DNA from: Calditrichia bacterium
Lineage (GTDB): Bacteria; Calditrichota; Calditrichia; JAJRVZ01
Length of the DNA stretch: 64,000 nucleotides
Assembly: GCA_963796965.1 (NCBI GenBank)
Contig: CAWCNS010000009.1
Coordinates: forward strand, 1 to 64,000
Direction of reading: 5' to 3'
Part shown: positions 54,486-64,000 of the stretch, one piece after another
How the letters are laid out: every line of letters begins with the position of its first letter
Numbering within the stretch: position 1 is the first letter of the stretch
The notes under the pieces: model-generated
What the model was told of the DNA's origin: nothing
The model's database searches: none
Seen by the model: the letters and a program-made list of their open reading frames with translations, nothing else
Program-made: the position numbers and the translations under genes

Positions 54486-54875
54486 ATGTACCAATACAAA
54501 AAACATTTTACTTTAGCCGAAGCACATACCTTTCTTACAAGATTAGAATATGATCTTAGTGAATTGTCACGCTTAAAATCTCATTTGGATAAAATCGGTT
54601 TTAATATGTATACAAGAAAATACCGACCCGGATTTAATCCGGATACCATGAATGAATTTCCTGATAGTTTTCTTCAGGCAATTGAAATCATTCAATCGTT
54701 GGGAGATGAGGGTATCATTTTAAAGGGAATTGAGGAAGGATTAGTCGACTTCCCGGCGGTTCGACCAAATGGCGAGGAAGTTTTTTTATGTTGGATGCAG
54801 GGTGAAGAGGAGGTTTTATTTTGGCATTCCTTAGAAGGCGGCTTCCGGGGACGGCGCCCCATCGACCAGTTTTGA
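54486..54875 (+). CDS. DUF2203 family protein
   Basis: FTLAEA, GLVDFPA..EVFLCW..GE..FWH..GGFRGRRPI. Confidence 0.88.
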   Translation: MYQYKKHFTLAEAHTFLTRLEYDLSELSRLKSHLDKIGFNMYTRKYRPGFNPDTMNEFPDSFLQAIEIIQSLGDEGIILKGIEEGLVDFPAVRPNGEEVFLCWMQGEEEVLFWHSLEGGFRGRRPIDQF

Positions 54876-54968
54876 GCAATGACTGGACTTGGCCATGCCG
54901 ATTTATTAATTTTCCGGCCTGAAGATATATCTGTGAATTAATGCAGGAAACATGTAGATAGAACTCAA

Positions 54969-55961
54969 ATGAATATTGGTAAGATAAATATAGATAAGGG
55001 GTTATTTCTGGCTCCCATGGAAAATGTGAGTGATTACCCTTTCAGAATGATCTGTAAAGAATTGGGTGCCGATGTGGTATACTCAGAATTTATCAGTTCT
55101 GAGGCCCTGATAAGGGATGCGGAAAAGGCTTTCAAAAAGATGACCATTCTTCCTAATGAACGCCCCATCGCCCTGCAAATTTATGGTAACCGTGTGGAGG
55201 CAATGGTAGAGGCAGCTCAAATTGCCGAAGAAAAAAAACCCGATTTTATCGATATCAATTTTGGCTGTCCGGTGAAAAAAGTTGCCCTTAAAGGTGCCGG
55301 GGCCGGTCTACTCCGCGATATTCCCCTAATGATCAAGATTTGTGAAGAAGTCGTTAAGCACACCCACCTTCCTGTTACCGCAAAAACCCGCCTGGGCTGG
55401 GATGCTGACTCGATTGTTATTATCGAAGTAGCGAAACAAATGGAAAGCGTTGGTATTGAAGCCCTCACCTTGCATGCCAGAACCAGAAGCCAGGGATTTA
55501 AAGGTGAGGCCGATTGGTCCTGGATAAGAAAAGTCAAAGAGGCTATTAATATTCCAATTATTGGCAACGGAGATGTGGTGGCGCCATCTCAGGTCAAGGA
55601 AATGTTCGAACAAACCAATTGCGATGCGGTTATGATCGGTCGCGGTGCCATTCACAACCCCTGGATTTTCACTCAGGCCAGAGAGTATTTAAAAACTGGT
55701 GATACAGGGACGGAAGCGGATTTAAAAGAACGCCTTCGTATCCTAAAAAAACACCTGGAGTATAATGTGGAATATAAAGGTGAATATAAGGGTGTGATTG
55801 AAATGCGCAAGCATCTCTCAGGCTACTTACGAAACCTGCCCAATATATCCAAATTTCGTTCAGAATTAATGCAATATTCTACTCTTGATGATACCTTAGC
55901 AAAATTTGAAGAAATTTATGCTTATTATTCTGAAAATGAATCTGTTCTACTGCAGCAATAA
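54969..55961 (+). CDS. dusB: tRNA-dihydrouridine synthase
   Basis: LAPME, DINFGCP, KTRLGW, LHARTR, GNGD, MIGRG. Confidence 0.93.
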   Translation: MNIGKINIDKGLFLAPMENVSDYPFRMICKELGADVVYSEFISSEALIRDAEKAFKKMTILPNERPIALQIYGNRVEAMVEAAQIAEEKKPDFIDINFGCPVKKVALKGAGAGLLRDIPLMIKICEEVVKHTHLPVTAKTRLGWDADSIVIIEVAKQMESVGIEALTLHARTRSQGFKGEADWSWIRKVKEAINIPIIGNGDVVAPSQVKEMFEQTNCDAVMIGRGAIHNPWIFTQAREYLKTGDTGTEADLKERLRILKKHLEYNVEYKGEYKGVIEMRKHLSGYLRNLPNISKFRSELMQYSTLDDTLAKFEEIYAYYSENESVLLQQ

Positions 55962-56264
55962 AGCCTTCCTAATATTCATTATCAATCCACATAAAAGTAC
56001 CTTCTTGCCTCGTATTTAAATCCTATGTATTTTATTCAATCACAGAAAATATTGTAACCATAATGGCACAGGAATATCAGAATGTTAGGATGTGATTGAG
56101 AGGTTGTGTGAGAACAAAAAAATTAATCATGTCGCTACACTCAATCTTATAATTTTATAGGTCACTGTTCACGATTTAAACGACTAAGTAACGAATGTCA
56201 GACCGGTACACTGAACTCTTATTGTCAGGACTATCGCAGCCTTTAAAAAGTTCGGGGGAAAATA

Positions 56265-57266
56265 ATGAATACAATTCGCTGGGGTATCATTGGTTGTGGC
56301 GATGTAACGGAAATAAAAAGTGGACCCGCTTTGCAGAAAGCAAAGAATTCCGAACTGGTTGCAGTCATGCGTAGAAGCGCCGAGAAGGCCAAAGATTATG
56401 CCCAGAGACATAATGTTCCTCATTGGTTTGACGATGCCAGTAAATTGATCAATGATCCGGAAGTTAATGCTATTTATATTGCGACACCTCCGGATAGCCA
56501 TAATCAATATACCGAATTAGCCGCCCTATCAGGAAAGCCTGTTTATGTAGAGAAACCGATGGCACGCAGTTTTAAAGAATGCAAACATATGGTTCAGGTT
56601 TGCAAGGATAACCGGGTACCCTTATTCGTCGCATACTACCGTCGAAGTTTACCAAAATTTTTAAAGGTGAAGGAACTCCTGGAAGAAGGATATATCGGAA
56701 AAGTTCGATCGGTCCTTGTGCGATTATTTTTACCGACTTTTGATAAAGATTTTCCGCAAGGAAATCTACCCTGGCGTGTTATACCTGAAATTGCAGGGGG
56801 CGGGCTGTTTTTTGATCTTGCTTCACATACCTTGGATATTCTGGATTTTTATTTAGGACCTATTAAAGCGGCCCATGGTTTTGCCACAAATCAAAAAGAT
56901 TTATATCCCGCAGAGGATAGTGTATCCGCATGTTTTGAATTCGAGAATGGGGCACTTGGCAACGGTATCTGGTGTTTTAATTCTGAAAGAGATGAAGATA
57001 TGATTGAAATATGTGGGGAAAAAGGAAAACTCATGATTCCTACGTTTTCACAGACACCGGTAAAATTATATACACAAAAAAAAGAAGAATCATGGGATAT
57101 TGCCCACCCTAAACATATTCAACAACCCCATATTCAATCTATCGTCAATGAATTGAATGGTCAAGGACAATGTCCCTGCCATGGTGAGGATGGCGCACGT
57201 ACAGCCTGGGTAATGGACGGCATCATCGAACAATGGCGTCAATCTAAAGGTATAGAATTTAAATAA
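56265..57266 (+). CDS. Gfo/Idh/MocA oxidoreductase
   Basis: WGIIGCG, YIATPP..H, VEKPM, GGG..DLASH. Confidence 0.92.
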   Translation: MNTIRWGIIGCGDVTEIKSGPALQKAKNSELVAVMRRSAEKAKDYAQRHNVPHWFDDASKLINDPEVNAIYIATPPDSHNQYTELAALSGKPVYVEKPMARSFKECKHMVQVCKDNRVPLFVAYYRRSLPKFLKVKELLEEGYIGKVRSVLVRLFLPTFDKDFPQGNLPWRVIPEIAGGGLFFDLASHTLDILDFYLGPIKAAHGFATNQKDLYPAEDSVSACFEFENGALGNGIWCFNSERDEDMIEICGEKGKLMIPTFSQTPVKLYTQKKEESWDIAHPKHIQQPHIQSIVNELNGQGQCPCHGEDGARTAWVMDGIIEQWRQSKGIEFK

Positions 57267-57283
57267 CCCTAAAGAAAATAACT

Positions 57284-59251
57284 ATGAGCCAGAATTTAAT
57301 CGAAAAAATTGCACAAAAGTATACGGTGGGGCTTGCCGAAAACAAGCAAGTCAAAAGTGGCGATTACATAACTATTCGCCCGGCCCATGTTATGACCCAT
57401 GACAATACAGGTGCAGTCATTCCTAAGTTTCTCTCAATTGGGGCCAACCGCTTAAATAATCCAAAACAGGTCGTCCATACACTTGATCATAATATTCAGG
57501 ATCAGAGTGAAAAGAATCGTGAGAAATATCAAAAAATAGAAACATTTTCCAAGCAGATGGGGGCAGATTTTTATCCCGCAGGAAGGGGCATTGGTCATCA
57601 AATAATGTGCGAAGAGGGTTATGCCTGGCCCGGATCCATGGTCGTAGCATCGGATAGCCATTCCAATATGTATGGAGGGTTGGGTTGTCTCGGGACCCCT
57701 ATTGTCAGAACAGATGCAGCTGCCATTTGGGCTACAGGAATGACCTGGTGGCAAGTTCCCCCCGTGGCCAAAGTAGAATTAAGGGGGAATCTAAACAAAG
57801 GTGTCACAGGGAAGGATGTCATTATTACATTATGTGGTCATTTTAATAAGGATGAAGTTTTAAACCATGCGATTGAATTTACAGGGAACGGAATTGAACA
57901 ACTATCAATTGATGAGCGGTTGACTATTGCAAATATGACCACAGAATGGGGAGCCCTGGCAGGTGTATTTCCGATTGATGGGGTGACGCTGGAATGGTTA
58001 AGGCATAGAATTCGATTTATTGCTGATCGTGGTCTGGCCGGCGTATCCTCTGATCCGACAAGTAATAAGACACATCCGCGGGTGAATTTCTCCAGGTTGG
58101 AAAAACTGGAACAGCATACTCCCGCCAATGATCCTGGGGCCTATTATGCAAAATCATTGGTATTGGAACTTTCTACAATCCAACCCCATATTTCTGGTCC
58201 CAATTCCGTAAAGGTTATGACACCTGTATCAGAAATGATTAATAAGAAGATGAAAATACACAAAGCCTATCTTGTCTCCTGCGTAAATAGCCGATTAAAT
58301 GATATCAAAGAAGCTGCTGAGATACTAAAAGACAAAAAGGTGGCCGATGGAGTAGAATTCTATATTGCGGCTGCCTCAAATGAGGTTCAGCAAAACAGTG
58401 AAACCAAAGGTTACTGGCAAATTCTGTTAGCTGCAGGAGCCATTCCCCTACCACCTGGTTGTGGCCCCTGTATAGGACTGGGAGCAGGCCTATTAAAAGA
58501 CGGAGAAATAGGGATATCTGCAACAAACCGAAATTTTAAAGGACGAATGGGCTCCAGAGAAGCAGATGCTTACCTGGCTTCACCGGCAATTGTAGCCGCT
58601 TCTGCTGCGAAAGGGTTTATTGATTATCCTGGAGATTGGCATGGATCAAAGCCTTCAGGGTCTATTACTATAAATGATTCACACCTAACATCAGAATCAC
58701 AAGTTGAAATTATTAACGGATTTCCAGAAAGATTAAAGGGTGAGGTAATTTTTTGCCACCAGGACAATTTAAATACGGATGGTATTTACCCCGGAAAATA
58801 CACATACGTCGACGATTTTACGCCCCAGCAACAGGCAGAGGTTGTAATGGAAAATTACGATCCCGCATTTAAAGAACTCGTTAAGGCCAATGATATTCTG
58901 GTAGGAGGTTTTAATTTCGGCTCAGGAAGTTCGCGGGAACAGGCAGCTACCAGTTTAAAATATCGGGGAATTCAGTTAGTCATTGCCGGTTCTTTTAGTG
59001 AGACCTATAAACGAAATGCGATTAACAACGGGTTCCTCGTCCTGGAAGCTGCTGCTCTTATTGAGGATCTAAAAGCACAATTTGGTGAGGAAAAACTAAC
59101 CATACGTACAAAACTATTAGCAATTGTAAATTTCAAAAAATCTGAAATCAGAGTAGATGAGAAAACTTATAAGATTAGCCCTATTGGAACAGCCGCGCAG
59201 GAATTAATCGTAATGGGTGGGTTGGAGAACTGGGTCAAACAGGCCTTATGA
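57284..59251 (+). CDS. lysF: Single-chain (fungal Lys4-type) homoaconitase
   Basis: MTHDN, GIGHQIM.EEGYAWPG, ASDSHSNMYGG, RTDAAAIWATG.TWWQ, SCVNSR, CGPCIG, fused swivel domain NTDGIYPGKYTY..GSSREQA. Confidence 0.9.
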   Translation: MSQNLIEKIAQKYTVGLAENKQVKSGDYITIRPAHVMTHDNTGAVIPKFLSIGANRLNNPKQVVHTLDHNIQDQSEKNREKYQKIETFSKQMGADFYPAGRGIGHQIMCEEGYAWPGSMVVASDSHSNMYGGLGCLGTPIVRTDAAAIWATGMTWWQVPPVAKVELRGNLNKGVTGKDVIITLCGHFNKDEVLNHAIEFTGNGIEQLSIDERLTIANMTTEWGALAGVFPIDGVTLEWLRHRIRFIADRGLAGVSSDPTSNKTHPRVNFSRLEKLEQHTPANDPGAYYAKSLVLELSTIQPHISGPNSVKVMTPVSEMINKKMKIHKAYLVSCVNSRLNDIKEAAEILKDKKVADGVEFYIAAASNEVQQNSETKGYWQILLAAGAIPLPPGCGPCIGLGAGLLKDGEIGISATNRNFKGRMGSREADAYLASPAIVAASAAKGFIDYPGDWHGSKPSGSITINDSHLTSESQVEIINGFPERLKGEVIFCHQDNLNTDGIYPGKYTYVDDFTPQQQAEVVMENYDPAFKELVKANDILVGGFNFGSGSSREQAATSLKYRGIQLVIAGSFSETYKRNAINNGFLVLEAAALIEDLKAQFGEEKLTIRTKLLAIVNFKKSEIRVDEKTYKISPIGTAAQELIVMGGLENWVKQAL

Positions 59252-59580
59252 TCTTATTGCAATAAGTAATCGTTATTATACCTAAAAAATAAGTCACTGA
59301 GATCCTCGGCAATTATAAATTAAAAATGTTTATAAACGGTTTGAATATTGACGTTATCTTCGCATAATAGTACGTTTCATGGTTATAAATAAGATCAACA
59401 CTATACGTATACATAAAAAGTGGATAAATTAATAACATTCAATAAAATCGTTAATGTTTTTTAGTATTTATCACCATAGGTGGTTCAGAGATCTTTTACA
59501 AAATTTAGATACTATTTGAACCAAAACCTCCGTACCCTCTGTGGTTACTACACTGTCTCATATAACACGAGGAAGAAGTC

Positions 59581-59899
59581 ATGTCTCAAAAAAACACCCC
59601 CAAATGGTTCCAGCAATTACAAAACAATTATCCCAATTATATGAATTGTCTGGATGAGTTGGGCGCCTCTTTACGAAAAGAAGGACCCTTAGATGAAAAA
59701 ACCTCCCATCTGATTCAGCTGAGCTGGCGCAGCTGCTAATCACTCAGAGGGTGCCGTTCACAGTCACACCAGACAATTAATGGAATTGGGTGCCAGCCCA
59801 GACGAAATTAATCATGCTATAATACTCCTTACCAGCACAATCGGCTTTCCTGCTGTATCTGCGGCAATGAGCTGGGCAAATGATATATTAAAAAAATGA
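59581..59899 (+). CDS. Carboxymuconolactone decarboxylase (CMD) family protein, one frameshift, absent from the ORF track
   Basis: GAGG RBS. GPLDEKTSHLIQL/GAAANHSEGAVHSHTR..GASPDEI..STIGFP. Confidence 0.85.
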
Positions 59900-60058
59900 C
59901 TGTAATTGGTAATTTGGAATTCAGGACTCGGAATTGATTTAAAATTAACAAAATGGCCATTCTCTTCATTTCCGATCCAAATTCCTAATTTCAAGTCTTC
60001 GACAAATAAAGTAATGTATCTGTAATACCATCATTCACTCAAAGAGCAAGGAGTCTCA

Positions 60059-62071
60059 ATGGATCACCAATCATCCCAGGGAACCCGTCTTCCGGAAAAT
60101 GCCTATCGTAAATTAAATCCGGGTGAAGAGTATATCCCTATCGTCCCAAAAGAGAAGATTGTTCCGGAATTGACTTTATACTCTCTCTTATGGGGTATTT
60201 TTTATGCCGTATTATTTTCTATGGCAGCCGCCTATTTAGGTTTAAAAATCGGCCAGGTATTTGAGGCAGCCATCCCAATTGCAATTCTTGCCGTGGGTAT
60301 GTCTGTTTTATTGAAAAGAAATCAGGCCCTACAGGAAAATGTAATAATTCAATCGATTGGATCCGCTTCAGGTGTAATTGTAGCAGGGGCAATTTTTACA
60401 ATTCCAGGAATTTACATATTAGGATTAGACGCCAGTTTTTTGCAAATATTTTTAGCCTCATTATTCGGCGGTTTTTTAGGCATCCTATTTATGATTCCCT
60501 TTCGCAAATACTTTGTTAAGGACATGCATGGTGAATATCCTTTTCCTGAAGCAACAGCCACAACAGAAGTTCTTGTTGCAGGAGAAACTGGCGGCCATCA
60601 GGCAAAAATTCTAATCTCTGCTGCTGCAGTTGGTGGTTTGTATGATTTTTTTGTGTCTGGATTTGGATTTTGGAAAGAAGTTGTCTCTACCCAGGTTTTC
60701 GGCTGGGGACAGTTACTATCTGATAAAGTGAAGTTGGTATTTAAAGTCAACATTGGTGCTGCTGTAATGGGATTAGGTTATATTATTGGTTTGCGATATG
60801 TATTAATTATTGCAGCGGGGTCTTTTTTGGCCTGGTGGGTGTTAATACCGTTAGTTTACTCAATTGGACAATATATTTATGAACCTATTTTGCAATCAGC
60901 CAAACCCATATCTCAGATGTCACCTCAAGAGATTTTTAATGATTATGTCAGACATGTAGGGATTGGAGGTATTGCTGCTGCAGGTATCATTGGGATCCTT
61001 AAGTCCTCAAAAATTATCATTGGGGCGATAAAATTAGCCGCAAAGGAAATAACAGGGTCCGGGGTAACGAGCGGCGATTCATCCACAGAGGATCGAACAC
61101 AACGCGATATTAAAATGAAATGGATTACCATTTTACTCTTTACCACATTTGCCGCTACTTTTTTATTCTTTTATTTTAGTGTTGTAGAAATGAACCTTAT
61201 TCATGCTATAGTAGGAATTCTGATTGTTATTGTTATTGCCTTTCTATTTACCACCGTTGCTGCGAGAGCAATTGCCATAGTCGGTGTTAATCCGGTTTCC
61301 GGGATGACTCTAATGACCCTGATTATATCCTCCGTAATTTTATTAAAGGTTGGTTTATCGGGCTCATCGGGCATGCTGGCCGCCCTGATCATTGGTGGTG
61401 TGGTTTGTACCGCTCTTTCCATGGCCGGGGCTTTTGTTACAGATTTAAAGATTGGTTACTGGCTGGGAACAACTCCCCGTACCCAAGAGCGTTGGAAATT
61501 TCTGGGAACTCTTTTTGCAGCAGCATCTGTTGGTGTCGTAATCCTGGTGCTCTATCAAACCTATGGATTTGGTCCCGGTGGTCTGGAAGCCCCACAAGCT
61601 TCCGCGATGGCCGCTGTTCTGGAGCCCCTGATGTCAAACGAACCAGCGCCATGGTTAGCCTATTTGGCCGGTATTTTTCTGGCCATTATTTTGGAAATGG
61701 TAAAGATTCCACCACTCCCTTTTGCCTTGGGTATGTACTTGCCTATCTATTTAAACACGCCCTTATTATTTGGTGGAATTATTGCCCATCTGGTATCCAG
61801 GAGCACAAATAATGAAGCACTTGCTGCAAAGAGAAAAGAACGAGGTACGCTAATAGCTTCCGGATTTATTGCCGGTGGTGCAATTATGGGAGTGGTATCT
61901 GCCTTTATTGTATTTTTTGGTAAACAAATATTTACTGAAGACTGGACATTAATGAAGGCAATTGGAACAGAACATTGGGTTGAGTCTGCCCCTTCTGAGA
62001 TTCTGGGTTTTGTTATGTTCACCCTCCTCTGTGTCTATATGTATTGGGATTCACTGAGGGTAAAGGAATAA
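60059..62071 (+). CDS. OPT-family oligopeptide transporter
   Basis: YLGLKIGQVFEAAIP, PFPEATA, NPVSGM, DLKIGYWLG, APQA, GMYLP. Confidence 0.93.
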   Translation: MDHQSSQGTRLPENAYRKLNPGEEYIPIVPKEKIVPELTLYSLLWGIFYAVLFSMAAAYLGLKIGQVFEAAIPIAILAVGMSVLLKRNQALQENVIIQSIGSASGVIVAGAIFTIPGIYILGLDASFLQIFLASLFGGFLGILFMIPFRKYFVKDMHGEYPFPEATATTEVLVAGETGGHQAKILISAAAVGGLYDFFVSGFGFWKEVVSTQVFGWGQLLSDKVKLVFKVNIGAAVMGLGYIIGLRYVLIIAAGSFLAWWVLIPLVYSIGQYIYEPILQSAKPISQMSPQEIFNDYVRHVGIGGIAAAGIIGILKSSKIIIGAIKLAAKEITGSGVTSGDSSTEDRTQRDIKMKWITILLFTTFAATFLFFYFSVVEMNLIHAIVGILIVIVIAFLFTTVAARAIAIVGVNPVSGMTLMTLIISSVILLKVGLSGSSGMLAALIIGGVVCTALSMAGAFVTDLKIGYWLGTTPRTQERWKFLGTLFAAASVGVVILVLYQTYGFGPGGLEAPQASAMAAVLEPLMSNEPAPWLAYLAGIFLAIILEMVKIPPLPFALGMYLPIYLNTPLLFGGIIAHLVSRSTNNEALAAKRKERGTLIASGFIAGGAIMGVVSAFIVFFGKQIFTEDWTLMKAIGTEHWVESAPSEILGFVMFTLLCVYMYWDSLRVKE

Positions 62072-62126
62072 GTATTGGTATAAATCTTTTACCTTGGTTT
62101 TAACTTTGAAATTGATAATTGAATGT

Positions 62127-62166
62127 TGGATATTGGATATTTGCTACTGTGAATATCCAATATCCA
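62127..62166. repeat. Perfect 15-bp inverted repeat made of 7-mer units
   Basis: TGGATATTGGATATT-N10-AATATCCAATATCCA. A further AATATCC at 62173. Confidence 0.75.
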
Positions 62167-62289
62167 TCAGAGAATATCCAACCACCAAGTTTGAGAACAG
62201 GTTTCCCATCATCTTATTCCTTTCACTCTATACCATTTTATCCGATATTTCTTTATATTTAACTAAAATTAAGAATAAGGGAGACAACC

Positions 62290-62901
62290 ATGGCTTACTG
62301 TCCTTATTGTTCAGAGGCATTACCAAAACCCGTCAAGGTTTGTCCATTTTGCAATAAAGCCATTGATACAAACCTCATTTCATCCATGTATAAAGCAGGT
62401 GAATCAAGCGATGTGGATAAGAGGGTAAAAAGAAAAATTTGGTTGAGGGAAAAAATATTAATAATTCTCCCGACTCTTGCAGTATTGATTGGTCTGGCTG
62501 TTGGTGCTATTGCCATGCTCATTTTTATGGAGGTGCAATATGCAGCATCGAGATCTTCTTATGAAGAGCAAATAAAATCATTACAGGATGAAATCGGTAA
62601 GAAGGAAAAATCTGCCGCCAATTCAAATCAGGAGTTGAATAATACCATACTGGAGAAAGATAAAATAATTGCATCTTTAACCGAGCAAAACAGTATTTTT
62701 AGCAGGATGATAGCCTTTACGAGTCGCCTGACCCGTGCCAGCACTATCACCCCAACATCCCCTCAGGATATCGATTATTTTCAGCGGAATGTTCGCTATT
62801 TACAATCACTTTTTAACCAGGAGCAGGAAAAATTAAAACAGACATCTTATGATTCGACGGCAACTTATAATCTAACACCCATCCCTCAATTTCTGGAATA
62901 A
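62290..62901 (+). CDS. Zinc-ribbon + single TM + coiled-coil protein
   Basis: CPYC..CPFC, hydrophobic ILIILPTLAVLIGLAVGAIAMLIF. GGAG RBS. Confidence 0.75.
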   Translation: MAYCPYCSEALPKPVKVCPFCNKAIDTNLISSMYKAGESSDVDKRVKRKIWLREKILIILPTLAVLIGLAVGAIAMLIFMEVQYAASRSSYEEQIKSLQDEIGKKEKSAANSNQELNNTILEKDKIIASLTEQNSIFSRMIAFTSRLTRASTITPTSPQDIDYFQRNVRYLQSLFNQEQEKLKQTSYDSTATYNLTPIPQFLE

Positions 62902-62927
62902 CAACATATTCTTTAATCTGGTTTCCT

Positions 62928-63344
62928 TTAAAAAATATAAAGCATCAGATAAATCAATATCCCACTGATCGATACAAATACCCAAACAGGCCATGTGTAA
63001 CGAACAATGGACCGGTGTCTTTCAAATTTCCCTTTTACAGCGAAATAGACAGCCAAAAGAATAAAGGGCCCCATGATCGCAGCAAGTATGATATGAGGGA
63101 TTAAAATGCTAAAATAAACCGGTCTTGTCCAATCATGATGGGGATAGGGAACAGACCCAACATTTGCATGATAGATGGTATAAAATATTAAAAACAGAGC
63201 GGATGAAATTAGAGCCCCGATCATATATTTTTTATGTGCCTCTTTATCATCATTTTTAATAAGTAGCCGTCCTCGAAATAACAATAGTGTAGTCAGAAGA
63301 TTTAGCGTTGCATTTACGGTCGGTAATTCCATTATACTCATCAT
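62928..63344 (-). CDS. DUF420 membrane protein
   Basis: LPTVNATLN, HKKYM..SALFL..Y..YH, HIILAA, HR..RYTWPVW..SISG. Confidence 0.9.
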   Translation of the reverse strand: MMSIMELPTVNATLNLLTTLLLFRGRLLIKNDDKEAHKKYMIGALISSALFLIFYTIYHANVGSVPYPHHDWTRPVYFSILIPHIILAAIMGPFILLAVYFAVKGKFERHRSIVRYTWPVWVFVSISGILIYLMLYIF

Positions 63345-63567
63345 TGATCCTTTAGGATTAAATAATAGTATGACAATTAAAAAATTTGATTAATGAATTT
63401 TCTATTTTTCTCTCAAAGACACTAAGCCGCAAAGAATACTAAGAAAAATGATAAAAGAATTAAGAAAAAAGAAATGCAAATGTGGTAACAATCTTTTACC
63501 TTTTTTCTTTTGTCTTATTTCTTAAAAAAGTTGCGCCTTGCTCTATGCCCTCTACGAGAAACGCCAC

Positions 63568-64000
63568 TTACTGGTTCGCATATAATAATTCACGTACGTG
63601 TGTTATCAACATTCTGAGATGTTCCTCTTCAAATGAATCGTAATAACCGCGAATGTTCAGATCACGATCAACGAGGATGAGTTTTGTGCTATGAATGGTT
63701 GGCAACTCCCCTGCTAACATAAATCCTTTTTCACTCACACGATGGACTTCTTCTATGGGTGCACGGGTGAATAGCCAGCGGTTATCCGTAACCCCATAGG
63801 TTTCTGCATATTCTTTAAGAACCTTTAGCGAATCACGATCCGGATCGACCGACAGAGAAACAAATTGTACTTCATCGGTGGTTATAAATTTTTTATACAA
63901 TTCTGCCACGCGGGTATTCATGATAGGACAAGGTCCCTTGCAGCTGGTAAAAAAGAAATTTACAATATTTATCTTTCCCTTCATCTCATCTGTCCCAAAA
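63568..64000 (-). CDS. SCO1/SenC family protein, 5' partial
   Basis: FFFTSCKGPCP, SVDPDRD, HSTKLILVD..IRGYYD. Confidence 0.92.
   Translation of the reverse strand, partial: FGTDEMKGKINIVNFFFTSCKGPCPIMNTRVAELYKKFITTDEVQFVSLSVDPDRDSLKVLKEYAETYGVTDNRWLFTRAPIEEVHRVSEKGFMLAGELPTIHSTKLILVDRDLNIRGYYDSFEEEHLRMLITHVRELLYANQ

Noticed and set aside
47493..62522. Many short antisense or overlapping ORFs in the track (e.g. 47493-47849, 52688-53044, 55217-55567, 61405-61812)
   Set aside because: Shadows of well-supported genes, with no recognisable motifs.

Overview
AT-rich bacterial DNA with two parts. The gene style fits an FCB-group lineage such as Calditrichota, but taxonomy cannot be established here. 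(1) About 1-34.4 kb is an accessory stress island. It holds three MscS-type channels, two MgtE, CBS and CNNM proteins, and a ~16-kb minus-strand operon: hsp20, acidic secreted protein, USP, ThrC-like PLP enzyme, DUF1611/DgcN-like, MurL/QueC-like PP-loop plus creatininase, dipeptide epimerase, LapA, CmpX, CBS, MgtE, CNNM, N-formylglutamate amidohydrolase, QEGLA/DUF1704 metallopeptidase and a GshB-like ligase. It also holds a DksA/TraR-GNAT-glycogen phosphorylase unit, DUF2179 with a PAS histidine kinase and NtrC-type activator, and grpE-cbpA-cbpM. Three minus-strand units share one promoter layout read directly from the DNA: a sigma54 -24/-12 box, an IHF-like site 18 bp further upstream, and paired TT(A/C)TCA-N3-TGA(T/G)AA palindromes 40 bp apart. 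This suggests a self-contained sigma54 regulon. The island carries several deletion scars (porin, PAS domain, PIG-L/glycoside hydrolase, CNNM) and a diverged ~250-bp direct repeat. (2) About 34.6-64 kb is housekeeping: TPR proteins, GAF-GGDEF, three PPIases, mfd, lpdA-lipB-E1-E2, ygfZ, dusB, a fungal-type single-chain homoaconitase, CMD, an OPT transporter, DUF420 and SCO. Many genes, including mfd, are broken by single-base indels, most likely sequencing or assembly errors. No rRNA, tRNA, CRISPR array or transposase was recognised. All product calls come from motif recognition by eye, with no database searches.
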